A stretch of DNA of 64,000 nucleotides from Octopus vulgaris (taxonomy: Eukaryota), in assembly GCA_951406725.2 (NCBI GenBank), contig OX597814.1:165354001-165418000 (forward strand). The letters run 5' to 3'. Position numbers and translations under genes: made by a program. The notes under the pieces were generated by a model. It was not told the DNA's origin. It ran no database searches and saw nothing but the letters and a program-made list of their open reading frames with translations. Each line of letters starts with the position of its first letter. The first letter of the stretch is position 1. Positions 55,292 through 64,000 of the stretch are shown piece after piece.

Positions 55292-55545
55292 TGTAAAACT
55301 AATGTAGGTAAAAATTCCTGTCCCTTTTAAATAAACATTTCCCAGTAAACCACAAATCCAGGTAGATTTTTAACAGATACTCAGTTAAAATATCATATAG
55401 CTGCTACTTCAATATGAAGAACACTATCACTTGTAAGCATCATTGCAAGCCCACTGCCAGTTGTAACTGCTGAGACCTTGAAGCTTTCTCAGTTGACCAG
55501 GTGTGTATGATAAACTCCATATATGAGGCAGACATAACAGCAATG
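55292..55545 (+). mobile_element. Penelope-like fragment (linker to GIY-YIG start)
   Basis: KTNVGK.FLSLLNKHFPVNHKSR*IFNRYSVKISYSC..NMKN...CNC...CMINSIYEADI (across frameshifts). Confidence 0.75.
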
Positions 55546-55986
55546 CTTCAATATAACCACAAAAGATCAATAAAATAAGTACCAGATTGAAGTAAGCAGT
55601 CATAGTTGATATGATCAATTAATCCTTTAGCATTTAAACTAGCCATATCCAGTCAGAATATCCTACCTCTTTTATGTTCTAACAAAGCTAAATGGCCTCT
55701 CACACCTATTCTCCAATGTCATTCTAAAACATCAAAATCTCAAAACTATGAGATAATGCATGGTCAATTCGAGATTATGTGAATAAATAATCACTACTTT
55801 TCACAGAATAATCTGAACACTAAAGGGTTAAACCTTAAAGGTAGTGCTCCTGTATGGCCACAGTCTAATGACTGAAATAAATAAAAGGATGCTTAGTCTT
55901 GTGGAAATTTGGAATTAAAATCAAAGTTAATGAGTGCATAATAAAAAGCATTGTGAGTTCTAGTCTCACTAGATTTTTTTACATAT

Positions 55987-56385
55987 AGGCATAGGAGTGG
56001 CTGTGTGTTAAGTAGCTTGCTTACCAACCACATGGTTCTGGGTTCAGTCCCACTGCGTGGCACCTTGGGCAAGTATCTTCTACTCTAGCCTCGGGCAGAC
56101 CAAAGCCTTGTGAGTAGATTTGGTAGACGGAAAATGAAAGAAGCTTGTTGTATACATGTATATATATATATATGTGTGTATGTGTATGTTTGTGTGTCTG
56201 TGTTTGTCCCCCCAACATCGCTTGACAACCAGTGCTGGTGTGTTTACGTCCCCGTAACTTAGTGGTTCGGTAAAAGAGACCAATAGAATAAGTACTAGAC
56301 TTACAAAGAGTAAGTCCTAGGGTCGATTTGCTCAACTAAAGGCGGTGCTCCTGCATGGCCACAGTCAAATGACTGAAACAAGTAA
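55987..56385 (+). mobile_element. SINE family S1, full length
   Basis: Colinear with 9190; several CpG-to-TpG/CpA changes. Confidence 0.9.
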
Positions 56386-57449
56386 GTGAGTAGTGTGATG
56401 AAAGCAAATCAACCTTGTTAAATTTATACATCTCTAAGCTCTATAATATGGAAAAAAAATTGACATAATCGTTCAACTGGCATTTAAATTTGTGCTACAG
56501 ATTAAGGTTTCTGTGAGCATACCATTATTCCACAGTGAAAAATAGGCCAAAAGACTTCTGATCCAGTATTTGTAGCAGAAGTTAAAAGGTGAAATATTAT
56601 TATTGATGGTCTTATCTAGGATCATAGTGCAGAGGAAGATACTCTTTTATAGAAACATCCTAAACATACCACCATAGGAAATCAGGAAAGTTGGACATAA
56701 AACTAATGGTGTTGATGAAGCTGTTGAAGATAACTGTGTGTGTGTATCTCTTCCGTGTTTCTTTCTAGCTGCTTCCCCTCTATAGCAATAAAATAGTCAT
56801 TAGAGAGTTGGTAGTATCAGTGGAAATCAATAAGTTATGAGATTCATGACTGTTCATCTCACTCAACAATGCCATTTTTTCGTTTCTGTTTTGATTTGTT
56901 TATAGTTATATTTTTCATTGGAAAGAAATCAATACAGATTGTGGATCTCTTTGAGATTGGCAAGAATCTGTTTCTCTTGACATAGTTTCCATCCATCGTT
57001 ACAAAAACATTACAGTTTATATCTGCTAATCAATATGGTGAGACCATTTTCAGAAAATTACACGTAAGATTACTGAGAATTTTGGTCTCCAATTATGAAA
57101 ATATAACAGACATACACTCACTTGCAAATATGCAAACACACACAGTCATAAACATAAACATGTTTTTTCTGTCTTATCTGAACAATCTTGTTATTTCTCT
57201 TTAACAGCTGCCCACATCATTATTTGATTGAGAAATAGGGTGGCTACAGTGGGTTTACATACTTTTAATCAAAATATCCGATCAAATTTATTAACTCTGC
57301 AAGGTAGCCTTACAATGCCTATCAATTCCCTTTCTCTGAAAGCATTTTATAAACCAAAAGAAGTCATGGCATCAAATTAGTATTTAACATATAGGCTGGT
57401 TGCAGTTTAGCCCTTCATCATATCTGACTGAACATAAGCAAAATTGTTC

Positions 57450-57600
57450 CAGGAGCTTGCTTTCTAGCTACATGGTTTCGGGTTCAGTCCCACTGCGTGG
57501 CACTATGGGTAGGTGTCTTCCACTATAGCCCCGAGCCGACCAAAGCTTTGTGATTGAATTCGGTAGGTGGAAGTTACTGCCGTATGTGTATGTGTGCGTA
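57450..57600 (+). mobile_element. SINE S1 5' fragment
   Basis: catggtttcgggttcagtcccactgcgtggcac...ccgaccaaagc. Confidence 0.7.
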
Positions 57601-58886
57601 TAGCTGCTCAGTGCCTCTCCGAAAGAGAGAGAGAGGGGTGACCATCCATTATTTGTATATCTGGACCAATATGTTTCAATGTCTTTCCATTTCTAAAATA
57701 ATAAGGTGTATGTGAAGGACATCTGGCCATTATTTCTTGCAAGTGAAATAGCTGCTCAGAGGCTCTCTTGCAGACTTGTTTCATTATTGTTGATTAACTC
57801 CAGTCCCTGGAAAGCACGCTTATCATTAAAGACATTCCAACCATAATCATACCATCTGTCATTTGTCTTTCAGAGACAAGATTATAAAACCTAATGTATC
57901 ATTTTAAAAGGGAATAAGATGTAATATGAGGGAGATTCAACTACTATTTTTATCTGGTTGAGTGACCACATACAAGCTTTCCCATTAAGTCAGACTTGTA
58001 GACTTTTTTATTGTTGCTTTTATATAATACATGTTTGAAAAGCTGTAAGTAGTGAAAGCACTTAATGCAATACAAAAGTTACTTCTATATCATGTCATTC
58101 TGATTTTTTAAAGGTTTTTTTTATATAAATAATTTCAAATTAAAATCATTCTTCAAACATTGTGACTGTATCAAGAACTCTTACAAAAATGTTTTTAAAT
58201 ATCTATGTTGGGATAGGGGTATGCCCTGTGCTTCCTTGTCTTAACATTTATGATAGTTGTAAATTATTTGTCAGTCAATTAGGTTACCCTTTTTCTATAT
58301 GCAGTCAAGGAGAATTCTAGATTTTGGAGCAGGGCTTCACTGTGGACCTCACCTGAACTTTATAGAGAATCAGTAATTGATGAGGAACAGTACCCCATTT
58401 TGAGCCTCCTCTGAACTTTGTAAAGTGTCAGTCTTGCTGAAATCAGTTTTTTGGAGTTTGGTAAAATACCAGTCCAGTCCTGGGATTGAATTTCCCCACC
58501 TCTTTCTATCTCTCACTCTCTCAGCTGTGTTCTGGCCTGGAGAGCAATTAGGAGTTTAAGACTGAAGATAGAAATGAAGGAATTTACATGAGATAATCAA
58601 AGTTTTGTTAATCATTCCATTTTCTAAAATTTGCCTCTATTACATGATGCCTGTCACCAGATTTGGCCTTATTACTTTTGAAAGATCTCCAGAACTGAAT
58701 TTTTGTTAAATCTGTTTAAATTCTGCACCCCGCCCCATCCAACCCCCCTCCTTAATTGTTCTGACTTTTCAAGGAATCTAGAATCAGTTTATAATTACTG
58801 GGTGGAGCTTCAAACGCTTAAAAACAGCTATTAATTTTACATATTGACAAATAAAAATGAATTTTAAAAGATATTACTACCTCCAT

Positions 58887-59049
58887 AGGCGTAAGAGTGG
58901 CTGTGTGGTAAGTAGCTTGCTTACCAACCACATGGTTCCGGGTTCGGTCCCACTGCATGGCACCTTGGACAAGTGTCTTCTACTATAACCTCGGGCTGAC
59001 CAAAGCCTTGTGAGTGGATTTGGTAGACAGAAACTGAAAGAAGCCCGTC

Positions 59050-59103
<54 letters not shown>

Positions 59104-59290
59104 TTGTCTCCTCAACATCGCTTGACAACTGGTGCTGGTGTGTTTACATCTCCATAACTTAGCAGCTCACCAAAAGAGACTGATAGAAAAAGTACTAGGC
59201 TTACAAAGCATAAGTCCTGGGGTCGATTTGCTTGACTAAAGGTGGTGCTCCAGCATGGCCACAGTCAAATGACTGAAACAAGTAAAAGAG
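58887..59290 (+). mobile_element. SINE family S1, full length
   Basis: Colinear with 9190. Confidence 0.9.
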
Positions 59291-59477
59291 TACCTTCCAC
59301 TTGCATTTTCCATCCTGTTGTTTGTTCATACTGTTCATATTTCAAAATAAAATGTCATATTGGACATTTTAGTAAAAATAAGGTAATACAATTCTATGTT
59401 TTTGAGATGAGGAATTTATGTATTTGTTGGAGCAGTGTCTTCATCTTCATTGTTGCTTTTCACTATGATTTAGCTGT

Positions 59478-59760
59478 TGTCATCATCATCATTGTTCGAC
59501 CGTGGTCGAGACAATGGAATTTACCATGCTACGCCAGACTTCACGGTCCATCATGGCATTACGGAGGTCCTGTTGCTGAATGCCTGTATCCCTGGAGATT
59601 ACATCAGGGTAGGAGAGTGTGCGCCCTCTGGTATTGCGAGTAGATGGCTTCCAGAGGAGAAGAGTAGAAATTACTTCTTTTTCAGCTCTACAACAATGTC
59701 CAGCAAACTGGACTCTCCTACCTTTCACAAGAGATGACACAGGTTGTATGCTCCAGCCTC
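59478..59760 (-). mobile_element. 3' end of a second RTE-group LINE family
   Basis: RRVQFAGHCCR...LLWKP...RGR...D...AMMDREVWR; stop directly followed by (GAT)n. Confidence 0.75.
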
Positions 59761-59797
59761 TTTCAGTTGTCTTGTGATTCACCTTAGTACCTTGCTT

Positions 59798-60110
59798 GGA
59801 ATTGAACTCAAAACCTCCTAGGTAACTGCACTGCATTAACCAGTGCCTTTACCCACTACACTATGCCTGTAGACAGTGTCAGAGTGAATTTCTAAGGCTT
59901 ATAAACCTCCATTGATGTCTCATGTTGGCTATGTTTCCTCATCTCCAACAGATAGAATTTTATCAACCTATCAGAATGGAGCCAACATAAGACATCAGTG
60001 GAGGCTTATGAGCCTTAGAAATTCACTCTGACACTACCTATAGGCATAATGTTGCGAATAAAGTCACTGGTTAATGCAGTGAAGTCACATAGAGGTTGAA
60101 TTCAGTCCCA
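59798..60110. repeat. foldback element with inverted arms of about 130 bp
   Basis: 59798-59930 is the reverse complement of 59980-60110, with scattered transitions. Confidence 0.85.
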
Positions 60111-60324
60111 GGCTGCTCCTGGTTCTATAATATAAACTTTCTGTTATAAAGCAATCCAAATCAAATTAAATTGATCTAAATTATAAGTTATCTAAATTAA
60201 AATTTTTCATGAAAATTTCATGTTTATGTTTCAAACACTAATTGAACAATGATAGTTATCTTACTAAATTTTTCATTCCTTTCAATGTCAATTGAAACAA
60301 GAGCAGTGTATTTCAACAGAATTA

Positions 60325-60570
60325 CAGTTATGGCCAAAAGTTTGGAACATATTTTTAAAAATTTAAATTGTTTTGCTTATGTACTATTCAATTCAAATAT
60401 ATACAATGTAGAAAAATACTTACCTCATAATTGATCCAGTGGTTCAATATCTTCTAATTGAACCATCAGATCAGTTATTTGGTAAGTATATATCTATGTT
60501 GTATATATTTGAATTGAATTGTACTTGGGCATAACAATTTTAATTTTGAATAAACTTTTTGCCATGACAT
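60325..60570. mobile_element. Tc1-family palindromic MITE, TA TSD
   Basis: TA|CAGTTATGGCCAAAAGTTT...AAACTTTTTGCCATGACAT|TA; internal arms are also inverted. Confidence 0.75.
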
Positions 60571-61087
60571 TATGGTAACAGAAGGTTTAAACCACTCTGT
60601 ACTTCATTAAAAAGAGAGTAAAACACAATTGTATGAAGTTAGGAGGGTCACCAAAAGTCAAAAGCATTTGATAATAAGTATGCTTTGTGAAGGCTGAATT
60701 AGTGCTAAAACAACATGAAGGATAATACCACTAGCACCGCACAAGCAACAATCATCAGCACAATACCATAACAATAACATGACACAGAAATATAAACAAC
60801 CAATCGACAAGTAATATAAAGTGTTGAGTTGTAAACCTACTAAACACCCCACCATGTGTTACCAGCTTGCTAAAGATGTTAGCCCTTTGGTAGTAGCAGT
60901 AGTGGTAGTAGTAGTACCTACAGCAGTTAATGTAGTAGTAGTTATTGCAGTATTGATAGTTGTAATAGTAACAAGGAAGGTACATATCACAGAAGAATTC
61001 TAATAGTTTTCAAGAAAAATTACTTGACCCAAAGGTGCCTGCTTCTATAGATTATACAAAAGCAGGTAATAAGCTTACCACTCTTCT

Positions 61088-61492
61088 TATTTCTTTATTG
61101 CTCACAAGGGGCTAAACATAGAGGGGACAAACAAGGACAGACAAAGGAATTAAGTCGATTATATCAACCCAGTGCGTAACTGGTACTTAATTTATCGACC
61201 CTGAAAGGATGAAAGGCAAAGTCGACCTCGGCGGAATTTGAACTCAGAATGTAACGACAGATGAAATACCTATTTTTTACTACCCACAAGGAGCTAAACA
61301 CAGAGAGGACAGACAAATGGATTAAATCGATTATATTGACCCCAGTGTGTAACTGGTACTTATTTAATCGACCCCAAAAAGATGAAAGGCAAAGTTGACC
61401 TCGGTGGAATTTGAACTCAGAACGTAACAGCAGACAAAATACCGCTAAGTATTTCACCCAGCATGCTAACGTTTCTGCTAGCTTGCTGCCTT
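61088..61492 (-). mobile_element. dimeric/tandem SINE family S4
   Basis: Two successive copies of the S4 body. Confidence 0.85.
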
Positions 61493-61979
61493 CTAGCCCC
61501 ATATGGTCTGCAGAACTTGTCTCATTGACCATTCTGATGTTGAAGGCCTAATGTGTAATACTGGTCTGTAATCTTTATTGAGTGGAGCCCTGCAGTTAGG
61601 TCATTGTTCCCTGCTGTTACTTCTACCACCACCACCACCAACACTACTACTGCTACTGTTACAATAATAATAGTAATTGTAATATTATCAATAAAATAAC
61701 TGTTAAGAACTAGGATCAATATAATCAATTAACTCCACTCCTCTCAAGTTTACTAGTCAATCGTCTAAATTAGAAACAGTTATAATTATTGGAGAAATGA
61801 AAAGGCAAAGTAACCTTAGTAGGATTTGAACTTACATACTGAGTTCAAACCCTACCTAGGTTACTTTTGTTTTCATCCTTTCAGGGTCAATAAAATAAAC
61901 TACCAGTCAAGCATTTGGAGTCCTTGGTATCAACTAACCCCCTCACCCAAGATTGCTGACCTTGTACCTAAAGCAGAAG

Positions 61980-62044
61980 TTATTATTATTATTATTATCA
62001 TTATTATTATTATTAGTAGTAGTAGTAGTAGTAGTAGTAGTAGC

Positions 62045-62081
<37 letters not shown>

Positions 62082-62108
62082 ATAGCAGCAGCAGCACCAC
62101 CACCACCT
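61980..62108. repeat. (ATT)n(AGT)n(CAG)n(CAC)n compound microsatellite following a partial S4 copy (61835-61980)
   Basis: Directly visible. Confidence 0.9.
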
Positions 62109-62429
62109 CCCAGTGGTGTTGGGCGTCAACGAAGAGCCCTCGACTACAACAAGACGACCAAAGTTTTTTTTTTTTTTAATTTCCAAGGTCTGGGATCTCC
62201 TGCCCCTAAGCCCTAGACCATCACCTAATCACCCTTACCTGTCTTGTTGCTTAACAACAACAACAGCAGTAGTAGTAGTAATTTAGATGGTGGGCTGATA
62301 GATTTGTTTATTTTTTCTGAATTCAAATGTTACTGGGGTTGACTTTGCTTTCATCCTTTCAGGGTTGGTGTAATTGATTAACCTTCTCCCACAAAAATAT
62401 CTGGCCTGCTATGCCTATAGCAGAGAAGC

Positions 62430-62740
62430 CGTCATCATCGTTTAACATCTGCTTTTTATGTTGGCATGGGCTGGCCGGTTTGGCAGGAACCGACCAGCTG
62501 AAGCACCGTTCAGGCTCCCTATCTGTTTTGGCATGGTTTCTATGGCTGGATGCCCTTCCTAATGCCAACCATTCTACAGAGTGTACTGGGTGCTTTTTAC
62601 CTGGCAGCAGCATCTATGAGCCTGTGAGATTAGAGATGGTCAGCTGGAGAGGGTTGCATGGGACAAGCCTGTATGCAAGGACAACCACGCTTTTACTTAG
62701 CTTGATGTGTCTTTTCAAGCACAGCAAATTGCCAGGAGTT
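62430..62740 (-). mobile_element. old RTE-3'-end-related repeat
   Basis: catcatcgtttaacatc...ggctggatgcccttcctaatgccaacc. Confidence 0.7.
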
Positions 62741-62974
62741 GTTATTATTATTATTATTAATATTGTTATTATTATTCTGTTGTGTCTGGGGAGAGTCATT
62801 TTCTTTTTGTGCCTTATAATTTAACATACTGACCGGTAAAATTTCCACTTGTTTATCTTTATTTTTCTAAAATTTTCATTGCGTCTTGCAACCTTTTCAA
62901 TAGTCTTGAATCATATAAAGAATCTTGCAAACTAAATCCAAAAACGAAATATTATTATTATTAGTAGTAGTAGT

Positions 62975-63190
62975 AAGGCAGCAAGCTGGCAGAATCATTA
63001 GCACGCCGGGTGAAATACTTAGTGGTACTTCATCTGCCACTATATTCTGAGTTCAAATTTCGTTGAGGTCAACTCTGCCTTTCATCCTTTCAGGGTTGAT
63101 TAAAAAGGTGCCAGTTATGCACTGGGGTTGATATAATCGACTTACCCCACCCCCAAAATTTCAGGCCTTATGCCTATAGTAGAAAGGATT
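62975..63190 (+). mobile_element. SINE family S4
   Basis: Match to the 22109 copy with CpG decay. Confidence 0.8.
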
Positions 63191-63224
63191 ATTATTATTA
63201 TCATCATCATCATTATTATTATTA

Positions 63225-63333
63225 TTGAGTGAGAGAGCAGTTCATGCCATCAAAGTGACACTGGGGTAAAATATACGAAGCCCAATATACCCATCATGAC
63301 TACCCGTCTGATAAGGGTACACCAGGCACATGC
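63225..63333 (-). mobile_element. 3' tip of the (AAT)n-tailed element seen at 6684-7127
   Basis: Reverse complement of 6916-7024, embedded in (ATT)n. Confidence 0.8.
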
Positions 63334-63551
63334 ATTATTATTATTATTATTATTATTGGTAGTAGTAGTTGTTGTTGTTTTATTCAACTCAAAGAAGGAA
63401 AAGGGTTTCCATGTTTTTTTTGCTTTGTTTTGTTTGCATTTCTTCCCAGAGGACAGTCTACTTGACCTTTTACAGGTGATTGTCTATAAGAAAAACATAG
63501 GTTGAGGATGCAGGAAGTAAAAACTGGGTGATGTGTCTAACTGGAGATAAA

Positions 63552-63936
63552 CTGGAAGCACTCCGTCGGTTACGACGATGAGGGTTCCGGTTGATCCGAA
63601 TCAACGGAACAGCCTGCTCGTGAAATTAACGTGTAAGTAGCTGAGCACTCCACAGACACGTGCACCCTTAACGTAGTTCTCGGGGATATTCAGCGTGACA
63701 CAGAGAGTGACAAGGCCGGCCCCTTGAAATACAGGTACAACAGAAACAGGAAGTAAGAGTGAGAGAAAGTTGTGGTGAAAGAGTACAGCAGGGATCACCA
63801 CCATCCCCTGCCGGAGCCTCGTGGAGCTTTTAAGTGTTTTCGCTCAATAAACACTCACATCGCCCGGTCTGGGAATCGAAACCACAATCCTATGACCGCA
63901 AGTCCACTGCCCTAACCACTGGGCCGTTGTGCCTCC
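63552..63936 (-). mobile_element. SINE family S3, full length, 13-bp TSD
   Basis: AACTGGAGATAAA at 63539-63551 and 63937-63949. Confidence 0.92.
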
Positions 63937-64000
63937 AACTGGAGATAAAACTTAGTAAGGCAGTCAAAGAGAAGGAGATAAACAGGAGTATCTGCTAGGG

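Noticed and set aside
58304-58415. Possible plus-strand exon (..VKENSRFWSRASLWTSPELYRES..)
   Set aside because: Acceptor plausible but no clear donor and no recognisable protein

Overview
AT-rich, repeat-saturated animal genomic DNA, most consistent with an octopus or other coleoid cephalopod (inferred from the SINE, RTE, Dong and Helitron repertoire and huge (TA)n/(TG)n/(TAA)n arrays). No complete host gene is recognisable, and almost all ORFs in the track are microsatellite or antisense artefacts. The identifiable coding remnants are all mobile-element derived: two large 5'-truncated RTE-clade LINEs (30.2-33.7 kb minus; 48.6-52.1 kb plus, with a single stop) carrying a C4HC3 PHD finger inside the RT domain and a stem-loop VNTR in the 3' UTR; an intron-containing DD34E Tc1/IS630-type transposase; an ORF1-only L1/Tx1-like element; a Helitron RepHel fragment plus non-autonomous Helitrons; and Penelope-like, R4/Dong and CR1-like fragments. 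Non-coding elements include one intact-looking type I hammerhead ribozyme (12740-12787) and a decayed one, LTR relics, MITEs, at least four tRNA-derived SINE families and a 160-162 bp satellite. Weak hints of host genes are a minus-strand exon (1512-1726), a possible recursive splice site (23399/23400), a micro-exon (28094-28119) and a CpG-retaining block at about 7.7-30 kb.
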